The notes below the pieces were generated by a model. It worked only from the letters and a program-made list of their open reading frames with translations, was not told the DNA's origin and did not search any database. The position numbers and the translations under genes were made by a program. Below, one piece after another: positions 12,531 to 24,084 of a stretch of DNA of 36,945 nucleotides; within the stretch, counting starts at the first letter, position 1, and each line of letters opens with the position of its first letter. The stretch is taken from positions 1-36,945 of the forward strand of contig NIVC01001707.1 of assembly GCA_002269645.1 (NCBI GenBank), written 5' to 3'. Origin of the DNA: Macrostomum lignano (lineage: Eukaryota).

Positions 12531-12723
12531 CAGCGAAACAGTATAGTGCCGTCTCTGTTCAACAAAGACACCTTGGCGACGCTCAAACTCTGAAGATCAG
12601 CAAGGCAACAACTATCTGCACCAGCCGATGTCTGAGTCCCGCCAGGGCCAGACTCCGGCCATTTCGCCGCAGCCGCCCAGTGATTCTGGGCATGATGAGG
12701 CCCAGGTGGAAGCTGGTTCAGAG
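12531..12723 (+). CDS. Cav1: Candidate alternative Cav1 exon (truncating, or in-frame cassette with a 1-nt extra base)
   Basis: Pyrimidine-rich acceptor ...cccttgtgcag|CAG, GC-rich coding-like island, donor GAG|gtatct at 12724; phase-0 reading gives QRNSIVPSLFNKDTLATLKL*, the +1 frame stays open to the donor. Confidence 0.45.
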
Positions 12724-13594
12724 GTATCTCTACCTGAATACCCAAATCTCTACCTTTAATAGGGTTTTCCAGCTTTAGTTAGTCTCGTGGCACTGTCACT
12801 GAATGGATGATCAATCCTACGTTTATTATCGTCTTATTTTTTCACACCGCAAGACCCGTTCGCGTGAAACCGGCGTATATATTATCGTGTCCTTGTTTTA
12901 TCAATTTATTTTCACTCAGTTTTTTATTAATAACTGGTTATGTTTCCGTTCAGTATTAATTACGTAAGACTTAAAATTCAGGCTGAAACTTAATAAAGCC
13001 TTTAAGCCTAAGGATCAAAGTAGATTTGCTATTCATTGGAATTTAAAAAAGATAATTATTCGGTTTAAACAAAATTCGGCACAAATTGTAATAGAAAATT
13101 TTAAACTCTAGATTTATGTTATTTAAATCAAATTAATTTGATTGGGAAAAATCGCATACATGTATCACAAAATGAATAAATTCACTTTCATACCTGCCAC
13201 TGGTTGCGTAGCTGACTAGAAACCCCACTTTATTTTTTGTTTAAATGTCTACTTTATCAGCGCATCGGCAATATTAGAATTAGAAATTTATTAATTTTAT
13301 TATTACCAATATATAGTCTCTACACCCAGTCTTATATAAAGTCACTATCCACAGTTGAAAATATGATTTATCCCCAAACTGCAACGCGTCTGTGATTTTC
13401 AAAATATTATATTCGTGCATTCCTCTTATCATAATTGTTCGTCAATTCTGTTTATTTTGGTTTGAAAATGATTCCCCCCCGTGAGTCTTAGTCGGACCAA
13501 AAACAAAAGTCGAATGCAGCTGAGCTGGTTGGGGTCAGTCACTGAGAGACTCGCACCGCTACTCCCCTGCCTGATGTTCGCACCGACCCTCAAG

Positions 13595-13717
13595 GCCGGC
13601 CTGCGAGCTTTTCAGGACCTCGGGCCGGAGATTCGACGCGCAATTTCCGGCGACCTCGAGGTTGACGCCTTCGACCGACGCCCGCCGATGGCCCCTTCGG
13701 ACTATCCGAATCACCGG
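13595..13717 (+). CDS. Cav1: Cav1 exon: proximal C-terminal regulatory region
   Basis: ctcaag|GCC...CGG|gttagg; [21 protein letters not shown]...NHR, matching Cav1 [21 protein letters not shown]; phase 0-0. Confidence 0.92.
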
Positions 13718-14636
13718 GTTAGGGGAACGGGGCTGTGATGGGGCTGAGTCACAATAACTGCATTGTGTGCGACTGTTTGACGTGAATCCCAGCTTGCGCT
13801 AATGCAAGGATAAACAAAAAGTTCGTGCGTTTTCCCCGACATTCTGGCACTTTCCGACACTACCTGCTGATCTTCCTCAGCTGGTGCAGGTGGCGCACCA
13901 CTAGCCGCATAGGGTGCGAGTTCTGGTGGACGGATCTGCTTCAAAAGCCTCTTGCAGAGCGTCCGAGTACACGGTTGAAGGTTGGCTAAAATTTTGTACC
14001 ACTTCTGTGCTGCTCTGTCCTGAAGAGCTTCCAGTAGTGTCACAGAATAGCAAAATATTGTCGCCGAAAAACGTCACTCGGTTCGGAAAAATATGCTCTT
14101 TTGAGTGGGGCGTCACTTGTTTATGAATGCTGTACATGCGAGAAATGACAGGCCCATGAAAATGTGATCAGGAAAAGCGCACGAACTTTTGGTTCATCTT
14201 TGTATTTGGTAATTGAGTGCTTTAATCCGCCTGGATGCGGGATTCCTCTTGATTAAAATTGTCTGATCAAGCATAAAAAATTTCCTAACTGTTCCTTCTT
14301 TTTTAACCAACTTGTCGCCTACTAACAGCAGAGCAGCGCGTTGATTCCGGTTGGCCGGCCATTTATGGCGCTGATTTTTGTATTTGCGTCCGTCTGGAAA
14401 TGAATGCGCTTGAATTCGATTTTAACCACTCAATGATCAGTTTGCCTTTAAAATGGTTAACCCGAATTTTGATTGGATGCTTAATTTAGAACCAGCCACT
14501 CGTTCCGATTGGCTCACCAAAAATAGCTTTTCCTTGACATTTCCCCCAATTTAAAAAGCGCGCGTGCCGTTGCAGTCAATTCCAACTGGCGATTCACTTT
14601 CGATGCCCTCTCCCCGCTTCCTCTCCTGTGTTGCAG

Positions 14637-15391
14637 CGCAATCACTCTTTGTTCGGTCACGTGATCTCCGCAATTCACCGAGTCGGCTCTGGTCGCCGCA
14701 ATTCGAACATGCCTCTGGGTGGCGAAGCCGCGTCCCCATCGGCGGAGCTGCATCCACATCAGCAGTCGCAGCAGCAGCTGCTTCCGCATGGCGGCGCGCA
14801 TCCTGCCGCCCAGACGCTGAACTCGCAGTCCTCAGCTCTGATGCAGCCGATGCAGCCCGTGTTCTCTGCCGGGCCCCCAGCTGCCGCTGCAGCAACAGGC
14901 GTTGGCAAACCACCAAAACAGCTTCCGAAAATACCGCCCGGCAAGGGACCGGCTGCGGCGGCTGCGGCAGCGGCGGCAGCAGCTGCTGCGGCGGCAGCTG
15001 CGTCTCTCCAGCAGCAACACCAGCAAAATCAGCAACAACAACTGCTGCCAGGAGTTTCAAAGACTTCGCCAACGTCCCTAGTTGTGCCGAGCGCCACCGC
15101 GCCGAAGATCAGTCCGCAGAATTCGCTGAACGCTCCGCATCAGGCTTCGACAGGCATGACCTTCTACAACTCGTCGCAGGAGGATCACGCCTACAGTCCA
15201 CCGCACATATCGCCAACTTCGCCGAGCAAATCGGCCACGCTGCCAACCGCTGGCAAGCTGCGCGGCAAGCAGCAGAGCGGAGGCCGGATGGACTACTTGG
15301 TGCCGCAGAGGTTCGGCAACCGATCGCCTTCGCCGTTCTCTGGCCAGCGTCTGTCGCCGATGTCCCCGCAACTATCGGCAGATGAGGGATC
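14637..15391 (+). CDS. Cav1: Cav1 exon: long low-complexity C-terminal tail (polyAla/polyGln, S/P-rich)
   Basis: ttgcag|CGC AAT CAC...TC|gtaagt; joins the previous exon as HR|RNHSLFG, a conserved Cav1 motif; 755 nt open, phase 0-2. Confidence 0.9.
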
Positions 15392-16433
15392 GTAAGTGAA
15401 CCTACCAGAAATTTGTACTATGAGCGTAAAAATTCTTTGGCTATGCTCAAGGGCGAATTGGTTTTGTCTCCAGAAGATAGTGGTAAAATTTCAATCGTTT
15501 GTGGAGTCGAACACACGTCGGTCAAATAAACACGAGTGTACCTTACTTTTTGCTTATCTGACCCAGATTTACATTCATACACTCAGTTAGCCAAGAAAGT
15601 CAACAAAAATATGCGAGCGTTGCATCGACTTTTACAAGCGCATATCATTCACTCTATTCAAAATGTACTTTTGTGCACTCGGATATCTAAAATTTAAAAT
15701 GTAAAAGGCCTTGGTTAATTTTTTCCTATTCGTTGTCTCTACAAAAATATGTTGTAGCAATCCCAAAACTGTTTGCTTTCCCCATACCGCAATTTCGCTA
15801 TAATAGTAAGACTAATTAAACATCATTGACTACCTTCCTTACCATCAAATTTTTATAACAATATTTTAGCCTCTCAAAAATCAACGGAAAGAGGACATTG
15901 TGAACGATTCGAAGATTTCTACTCGTAGATGCTTCAATCTCAAATTTGACTTACGTTTGACCATATCAATACTTAGGTACAATTGATTTACTGCCATACA
16001 AGTGCTGTGCTCAGTAATGGCATGCAATTAGTGCATTTAGTTCCCACCCGCATGTCAACCAATAACTTGGCGCTGTTTGCTTTGTGACCCGATTGCAGTT
16101 CGGCATCGAAATTTTGATTGTTTTTTAAACCCTGCTTATCGAAAAGACGGAATTACCAGCTCCGGAGGTAACCCGCAAGTCTAGGCTTTAATGACTTTTA
16201 ATACTTTTTCGGTGCATCGGTTCCTCTTTTACTGGGATCTGAAGCTTTCTGTTGCATTCAACGGCAAAGCTGCTTGCTTGTCTGAATCAGTGCAGGGTTG
16301 TCCACTATGCGGCTACTCTTCTGAAAAGTACTCGATAAAAGAAGAAGAGAGCAAAGCACAGCAAATTTAATATGCGCACCAGATGTATCCATTTTCAGTG
16401 AATAATATTTGCACTAATTATGTTAAAACGCAG

Positions 16434-16475
16434 AGACGCCACTGAAACGCCATCGTCGGCTGCCTCAGAAGCCAG
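16434..16475 (+). CDS. Cav1: Candidate 42-nt cassette exon of Cav1 tail
   Basis: CACTAAT branch-like motif, acgcag|A...AG|gttaac; phase 2-2, open in frame (DATETPSSAASEA); weak donor. Confidence 0.3.
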
Positions 16476-17137
16476 GTTAACAACTTATGATCGTTGCGCA
16501 TCCCTGTTGTTCCCTATATTCTTGTGTCTCTCTCGTCATACCTCTGTTTGGATTTTATAATAACTGCTTTGTAGAAGCAATACCATAAGCAGAACGCATT
16601 AAATTTATGTTTGTAATTTCTGAGGAAATTAGTAGTGCTTATTACTACTCGAATTATAGTTACCGGAAAGTTTATACCGTACTACTTCTTCAGTTAAGTA
16701 GCTTAACAGACAGTTTGCACTATTTGAATAGCGATGGACGGGTTCCCCAGTTCTTATTAGTGATGTGTCAAACTAGAAACGCTTAATTTAGTACCTGTCG
16801 TTTACTACACCCAAATTCATCCTAATTATAAATAACATTATACGGATGCACTGTTTGCAGGTTGACAGCGTTATTAGTTAATTGCTGAGTGACCTAAGTA
16901 GCTCCTTAGTTCCTCCCACTGAAACTTCATTCCGACACAGCTAAGTCCATTGAAATTCATCTATTTAACAAAGAGTTTAACATCGTCTTAGTCTTTCCTA
17001 ACAGCATTTTCTTTGTTCATTTAATCAACAAGTTTTCAGGGTAAAATTTGCTTTGCTTACAGTTTACCGAGTGCTGCCGTGTAAATGTCATGTTTTTTTG
17101 TGTGCGCGTTATACTACTGATTGACTAACTAGAACAG

Positions 17138-17314
17138 ACCTCAGACTAGCCTAGATGTCACCTATCCATGTCGTAACTTTTGGCGATCGCAAGGAGAAAA
17201 GAGAAAGCCAAATAATTTAGAAAATATTACCTTAACCGGAAGTCCATCTGATGTTCGTACAACTTCACAGCATTTATGGAATTCCTCTCGAATAGGAAAA
17301 TCCGGAACACCCAA
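17138..17314 (+). CDS. Cav1: Candidate 177-nt cassette exon of Cav1 tail
   Basis: ACTAAC branch-like motif, gaacag|A...AA|gtatgt; phase 2-2, 59 codons without a stop in the Cav1 frame; no conserved motif recognised. Confidence 0.35.
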
Positions 17315-18036
17315 GTATGTGAAACCAATAACACACTTGAGAAAATTAATCTTAATGAGAACCGATATCCCTATGGGGAAAAGCACTTCGATTAAGTAGA
17401 GAAAGAGATAGGAAGCTGATAATCAACATTATTAATTACAACGCGCTTCAGCTGATCAGGCAAAAAATTGCGCAAGGACGTATAAAAAGAGACACAACTA
17501 ATCAATGCTAAGTAAGTTGAACATAGAATAGAACACACTAAAACAGGCCAGGGAGCATCAAAAGCCAAAAGCTGCACACCAAACAAGGGAATGTCATTCA
17601 GAAACTCTGAGGAGCCTTCAAGATATCTAATTTGGAATTAGAGTTGGCGCGGTCAGCGAAGTAAATTAGCTTGAGGCTTGGCACTTTAAAGAAAGTGAAC
17701 GCTACTTTGAACACTCAGTTGATTCGCAGTTGGTCGTTCCTTATTGTTGATTATTAATGCCGATTATCAGCTTTTTATGTCCCCATAACATCGGAATTGC
17801 TTTGAACACTCAGAATGAAGAGATTCCTTCACATACTGTAGATAGTACCCAGAATTCAGCATGTTCTCAACTATTTGCGCTCCTTTCTCTGCAGCTTGCA
17901 CTAACTGTGTCACCATTTTTTATTTGTATGCGGTGTGGGTCCTGCGCAGCGATTTTCTTCTGGAACGGTTTGACAAGTTTCTCCCGTTTAAATTATTCTG
18001 AACGAATTAACAAAGTTTAGGAAGTACTTTAGACAG

Positions 18037-18519
18037 TGAGTGTCTGTTGCATACAGTCACTATCGCTTCGCAAGTTGTCCAACAAAGTTGCCAACAACCC
18101 TCCGCCATGCACAGCATATTCAGCACAGACGCCAGCTACTCTGAGGACGCCCCGGCCTCGCCGCAGCTAAGCCGTCAGTTCCCCTTCTCCAGTCGGATCG
18201 GCCAAGAGCCGCAGAGCCAGCAGCAACAGAAGCAGCAGCAGCAACAGCAGCAGCTACGCTCCCGTTTGTCCGTGCCGCGCCTGTTAACCCCGGAGAACTC
18301 GTTCGAGAGCGGTGACGATTTAGCCTCGCCGATTGATCCAGAGTCTTCGGCGGCGGCGGCAGCGGCTTCGGCGGCAGCTGACGACGATGCAGCCGCTGAG
18401 GTTTCGCCGGCGAAGGAGCGCAGCCGAGGCTCGTTCGGCTCGCGGCTGAAACGGAAATTGTCGCCTCGATGGAAAAAGGCGGTGCCCCGGCCTAGAGGAC
18501 AGTCGTATTTGTACTCTGA
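18037..18519 (+). CDS. Cav1: Cav1 exon: C-terminal tail (Q-rich, A-rich; 5' boundary uncertain)
   Basis: Open frame ...QSQQQQKQQQQQQLRSRLSVP...RSRGSFGSRLKRKLSP..., donor GA|gtaagt (phase 2). Phase-2 acceptor agacag| at 18036; an alternative phase-1 acceptor exists at 18056. Confidence 0.75.
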
Positions 18520-18991
18520 GTAAGTTTGGCTTTGCGATCGATTTAAATCAAAATGCTTCTGGCCATAGCACCAGGCAGGCGGGAAATTTTGCTTGCGTAA
18601 GAGTTTGTGACATTGTCCCATTGTCAGCAGGTCTGTAAAATTTTGATCCGCTCCTGACAAAATTAAGCCTTGCTTTATGACATCCACCACACTCGAAACA
18701 GTAACAGCAACAGTAAAAGCAAAAGCAAAAGACAGAAAAGTAAGGTGATGCGTCAGATGGCCGTGAGCGAGCGAATGAGTTCCGCCCCGTCAGGCTGGTG
18801 GCAGCAGCTCCAGGCTGCAGTGGTACAGGGCCTCGGTCCGACGCTCTCGTCAGCTCGAAAGGCTGCACGGAGCAGCCGGATACAATTGACCTCAGAGTTC
18901 GAAGTTCTTAATTTAGTAGAGTCAGCTGCCTTAAGCTCACAACTTTGCAAGCATGGACACGGAGCTATAAAAACAACCAAATATTTTCCAG

Positions 18992-19220
18992 TCTACCGCA
19001 ATACGACAGCGACTTTGAGCCGTTGCACCAGCCGACGCCGCAGGGTGGCAGTCGAGCTCAACATCTGAACGGCTCCATCAAGCAGCGAATTCTGTGCCTG
19101 AAGGGCGAGCCATCACGAGAGGATTTGTTCGCCCAAAGGCGCGCCCAGTACAGCAAGACGCCTTCGTCTAGCGACCTTCACGCTAGAATGGCAGAACCGC
19201 TGCTGTTTGCGCAGTCGCAG
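18992..19220 (+). CDS. Cav1: Cav1 exon: C-terminal tail
   Basis: ttccag|T CTA...CAG|gtgaga; (D)LPQYDSDFEPLHQP...EPLLFAQSQ; phase 2-0 fits both neighbours. Confidence 0.82.
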
Positions 19221-19671
19221 GTGAGAAATTCAATTACAAAATCAATAATGCGTCCGTATTTTCGTCACAGAATGTAATTGTCAATGTGTTTGCTTTTTGA
19301 AATTCTGCATTGCAATCTGTACACTTACATTAAAATTTCGACGCAATACCTCCTCGTGTCTAATAATGTGTCATTTCTAAATTGACACTATCTATATTGT
19401 AGAAAAGAGCAATTTTGTAGTTTAATTAATGTGTTCACTGACTCACCCGTGTACAATATAGTTCAAGGACGACTAGATAGAATATCTGGAGTGGCGAGTC
19501 CCCTTATAAACTGTACCCCCCAAGGCCAGATTTTATTGCCCATTGCCCCAAGCTACCAGTAAAATGTACACATCGTCTCTGCCTCGCTAGTTAGCCAGTG
19601 TACATAGCCAATGTACATTGGTTTCCTACACCGCACTGATAACAAGTGCTCCCGCTTTTACTTCGCATTAC

Positions 19672-19905
19672 TTAGGATTTAGGGCAGTGAGTTAGAATTT
19701 AGGTCATCAGGGCTAGATTTTAGATCAGGGTTAGAATTTAGGTCAGGGTTGGAATTTATGTCAGGGTTAGACTTTAGGTCAGGGTTAGAATTTAGGTCAG
19801 GGTTAGATTTTAGGTCAGGATTAAAATTTAGGTCAGGGTTGGAATTATGTCAGGATTAGAGTTTATTTGAGGGTTAGAATTTGTCAGGGTTAGAAGTTAT
19901 GGGTT
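19672..19905. repeat. 18-bp minisatellite (TCAGGGTTAGAATTTAGG)n, ~12 degenerate copies, telomere-like words
   Basis: Direct inspection; repeated GGGTTAG/TTAGG. Confidence 0.85.
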
Positions 19906-21206
19906 CATGTTTGGAAACTATGGTTATAGGATGAGGTCTAGGGTTGCGGCAGTTAGTGGACTTTTAGGACAGACCATTTTCAAGCATACGTTCCCAGAAG
20001 TTTGCTACTCCAGATGCCAAAGTTAGACATCCTCAACTCATCCTGGCACTTTACTGTAACCTAAAAACCTAACCAGTACAGTAGAAAGTATTGTAAAAAT
20101 CATTTGTTGTATTGCTGCACACTTAGATTTTGTTTCCGTCAATCAAGATAGATTGAATGATTAGCTCGAAATAAATATATATTTAGCACTCACCTACTGG
20201 TAGTAGCAATAGTAGCATTTCACCGTCGAAATTTGTACTGATGTTTCACCATTTGAACCTGCGCTCGGGTTCGTAAAACACTCGATCCGATCCGAATTCT
20301 CTCTAGCTGTGGCGAGCCGCGTCAAAGTCTGGCCAGAAATCAATCGAAGCCATGCCAGGCATCAGCATGTGGCTGCCTTTGCATGTAATAATAAATAAAT
20401 TCGACCATGGCGTCGCGCTGCTTTTTCATTTTTTCAATCGATTTTGTGGTGCTTTCTGTCTTCTTTCTCTCTGTTTGTTTCTCTAATTCTTCTGTCGCAC
20501 CTTTTTTGATGTGCGCGAATTTCTGTCTGTCACTTTGAGTCTGTCACTTACACCCGGCGCCAGTACATCGAAATTCTAGGATTTGAAATCAAAGTTCATT
20601 TATTTTTGTGCAATTGTGCGCAATAAAAAGAAGAATGGTTTAGAAATTAAATGCTGCGTTTTACATTTCCGCACGCCGCACACCCGCCTGCCACGATCCA
20701 TCGATACTAAAATTAGATTTAGCACCACCCAAGCAAACAGATTTATTTTCCACAAATTTTCGTTCGTACTGCGATTTGAACGGCAAAATTTGTCAAATCC
20801 TAAGTTTTAATCGAAATTAAATCGCGCCGCCAATATTTTTTCGTCTGTCAACTTTAACAAATCGTAAATATTTATTTATCAAACTAACTGAATGAATAGC
20901 AAAAAGCTACAAATTATAGAAGTTATTTTTTATCGGCAAACTCTGTCACGTCAACCAAAAACTCGACCCCCCTGTCAACTTTCCGCTTCCCCAGTTTGCT
21001 CATAGCCAATCGTTGGAGGTAAAGAACCTTTTTTGCGAAAATTTCCCGGAAACACCTTTTTGATTTTTTTTGGATGGGACCGCGTAGTCTACTCAAGTAA
21101 ACAGGACGCAGCAATAAAGAATGTTTTTGTTGAAAATGCAAACGCAAAGACTACTCAAGCAGAAAGACGGGGAACTACGTTTCTTAGAAAAATGTTAAGG
21201 AGGCTG

Positions 21207-21584
21207 GTTTTCGCCGAAAAATACACTACGGAGATAAGAAGTCTTCTTAAAAAAAAAAGTCTTCTTATTTTTTCGTTAGGAGGAGGATATCAAAAATGGA
21301 TGGCACAGCTCGACTCTTTGGTTTTATGAATCTGTTGTATCATCTCTGTTACACATTTTGTTTCGAGCCGTGCTACTTTTATGATTTTTAGGTACAGGAA
21401 ATGTACCTAGTAGAATCCTAATTTTCAAAATGAAAACCTTTATAAATATCAATAGGGCTTTAAGAAAGGCACAACATATCAAAAGATGAACATTGGTTCT
21501 GCCTCCTATCGAAAGCAATAACAATTTTTGCACTGAAAAAATGAAAACTTCTTATCTCTCCGTAGTGTATTTTTCGGCGAAAAC
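21207..21584. mobile_element. MITE-like element defined by ~36-bp terminal inverted repeats
   Basis: GTTTTCGCCGAAAAATACACTACGGAGATAAGAAGT (21207-21242) versus reverse complement at 21547-21584, differing only by a GA; AT-rich non-coding interior; no TSD identified. Confidence 0.6.
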
Positions 21585-22437
21585 GTCCTTGTGCAAACGG
21601 TTCCAGATGTTAAGATATTGAGAATTTTTTGCCAACAGTCTGACAACATCTGATCTTGTCAATGCATTTTACGTCCTACTTGAATAGAAAACGTGGCTCA
21701 TTACGGACTGCTTCTACAGTAACTGCTTTTCCACATCTATACTAATCGGAAGTATTAAGTCAACAACTGTTTTTTGTTATACTAATAGCACTTTAGATGA
21801 CAATTAACCCAACTGCAAAAGTTTATCATTTTTATTTAGATGAACAATTCTTATACTCGTAATTTTCAGATTTGCAAATCTATAAAGTTGTTTTGTATTG
21901 GGTTAGCGGGCTAACTTACTCGGTTTATATAATTTCTTGCTTTCCAATGCATTGGTTTGCGATTAGCGGTAGCGAGTTCGAATCGATTTAATTTAGCAGC
22001 AATAGCAGCTGCGTACAAATTCCCTCGTGCGAGCTTTGTAGGCGCACAAAATTGCTAATTATTGCAAATCATCCACTGTACAATTGCGAGCTATTATCAG
22101 TAGTTTGTGCGCTAGCCACATAAAGCAAATCATATTTGGGTCACCAACAACGCAATTGCATCCAACTCAGTCACGCGGGTCCTTGGATTTAAAAAAGCAT
22201 GCCAAATATCAGTTGGAGTCTTAATAGGCTTTTTTTTAAAAATCACCTACTAACGAATAGGGAGGAATGTTAATTGAGACTCTCTCAGAGAAATTTGAAC
22301 TCGTGTAAGTCCACTGGTTGACTACCAAGTGAGCGGTTGATACCAGCTAACGGAGTGGGAGCATTCAGAAGCGTGTCAACTTTCGTACCCCCGATAGTTA
22401 GAAGCTCACCAGCCCCTACCCTCTCGCCGTCTTTTAG

Positions 22438-22800
22438 GCAATGGCCGTCGCCGGGATCCATCGCCCGGCCCCGGCGCCGCCAGCCGAGTCGCCAACGATT
22501 ATTCCACCGACGCCGCCTCCAGGCAGCTCGTCCGTGCGTCGGCCAGCTGCTGCTGGTGCCTCCGCTGCCGCAAAGTCGACCTACAGCAGTCCGGGCGGCA
22601 AGCGTCGGCAGTTGCCACCGACGCCGCCAGGGGCGCGGGCGCCGCCGCCGATTTTTATTCCGCAGCCTCAACAGCAGCAGCAGCAGCCGCAGCAGCCGAT
22701 GCCGTCTGTGCTGCCTCACACAATGCCGAACGGCTTTGCGGGCAATGGGCCCGTCAGGGGTTTGCAGCGCGGCATTCAGAGGCAGGACAAGGTGAAATAG
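22438..22800 (+). CDS. Cav1: Cav1 exon with (L/M)AVAG motif; ends at stop 22798-22800 or at donor 22792
   Basis: ttttag|GCA ATG GCC GTC GCC GGG; QSQ|AMAVAG resembles Cav1.3 QQQIMAVAG; P/Q-rich ORF; AAG|gtgaaa precedes the stop. Confidence 0.8.
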   Translation, partial: AMAVAGIHRPAPAPPAESPTIIPPTPPPGSSSVRRPAAAGASAAAKSTYSSPGGKRRQLPPTPPGARAPPPIFIPQPQQQQQQPQQPMPSVLPHTMPNGFAGNGPVRGLQRGIQRQDKVK

Positions 22801-23390
22801 CTTAGCTTACACCTGTAATATATGTAGATTTACATGTACGCATGAAGAAAGTTGACTATACCAAATCGAAACCAATTCTCATTCCAAGAAGACTTAGGTA
22901 GCTTTAGCTACGGTACCGGAGCGTAGTTCTGGCGTAAGAGGCTCGATTCCAAGTCCATGCAGTCACATAAGTCGGGGCTACATTGGAATCTCAGACTCAA
23001 GGCACAGTGAAGTGTACATGTCTAACGATAATTAAAGTTAGGACCGCTGTTACACTCCTGTGTGTTAGTGTGTGCTTGCGCGTATAACTGCGTACATGTA
23101 CGTATCTGCGCGCTTGTGTGCCTGCCTGCTCAGGGGAGTCGGCGAAATGGGCAGTAATGTCTCTCGCCGGTTGTGTGACAATGTCGCTTTTAAGTGCGCC
23201 AGGGTGCACAAAGCCCTCTGTCTCTAAAAAATAGCTACGTTTCCATGTCCCAAGTCAGATAGAAGTTATTTTAAACCTCGGTACAGAACGCATATTCAAA
23301 GTCCGGTTCAGCCTTCCAATCACTAGACACTGTGATGGACTCTCCTCAGTAGAAGGCATGAGGGGGCTTCTGGGACAAAATTTTTCACCT

Positions 23391-23760
23391 CCTCCATAAT
23401 CCCATTAAATCCATCCATATTATCCCTGACAGAATCAGAAAAAAAGGGGGGTCGCACCTGCTCACAAAACATCGTCCATAATCCCATTAAATCCATCCAT
23501 ATTATCCCCGACAGAATCAGAAAAAAAGGGGGGTCGCACTCGCTCACAAAACGTCCTCCATAATCCCATTAAATCCATCCATATTATCCTTGACAGAATA
23601 AGAAAAAAAGGGGGGTCGCACCCGCTCACAAAACGTCCTCCATAATCCCATTAAATCTATCTATATTATCCCCGACAGAATCTTGAAAAAGGGGAGGGGT
23701 TGCACTTGATCCGAAAACTTTAATCCCATTAAATCCATCCATATTATGACTGACAGAATA
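23391..23760. repeat. 82-bp tandem repeat, ~4.5 copies
   Basis: Units start at 23391, 23473, 23555, 23637 (CCTCCATAATCCCATTAAATCCATCC...A7G6TCGCAC...); 4th and 5th copies degenerate. Confidence 0.93.
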
Positions 23761-24084
23761 TGGGAATATGGGTCCACTGACACCTGTTATGCTCACTGAC
23801 ACCGACATCCACCCATAGCATGTTCGAAACAATCAGAAAATAATCTGCATTCTTCTCCCCACATTCAATCCGCAACGTGAAACCAGATCCCTAAGACTTT
23901 AAATCATCAGCGCAGGGTCCTTACCCTTTGAAAAAAAATAAATAATTTTATTATTCATTAGTAAGAATTATATATTTATTAACGGTTGCACAACTGATAG
24001 GATATGTATTAACTATTACAAGATTATCAAAAATGGTAGAAAAAACAGACACTATGTAGGATCTGCGTTAGAATTCTTCAACAA

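Noticed and set aside
13711-14043. Antisense 110-aa ORF in a Cav1 intron
   Set aside because: GTG start, upstream stop close by, no recognisable motif or splice support
14514-15385. Long alternative-frame and antisense ORFs (14551-15072, 14564-15385 etc.)
   Set aside because: Shadows of the GC-rich GCN/CAG-repeat Cav1 exon; only the 14637 frame joins conserved motifs. The same applies to 18175-18690 and 22285-22795
18670-19068. 132-aa + strand ORF or extra exon containing LNLVESAALSS
   Set aside because: Resemblance to the distal regulatory LVEAVLIS motif is weak, it lies upstream of AVAG, and no phase-2 acceptor places it in frame
19672-19905. True interstitial telomere
   Set aside because: Period is 18 bp with fixed non-telomeric words; no run of consecutive TTAGGG or TTAGG units
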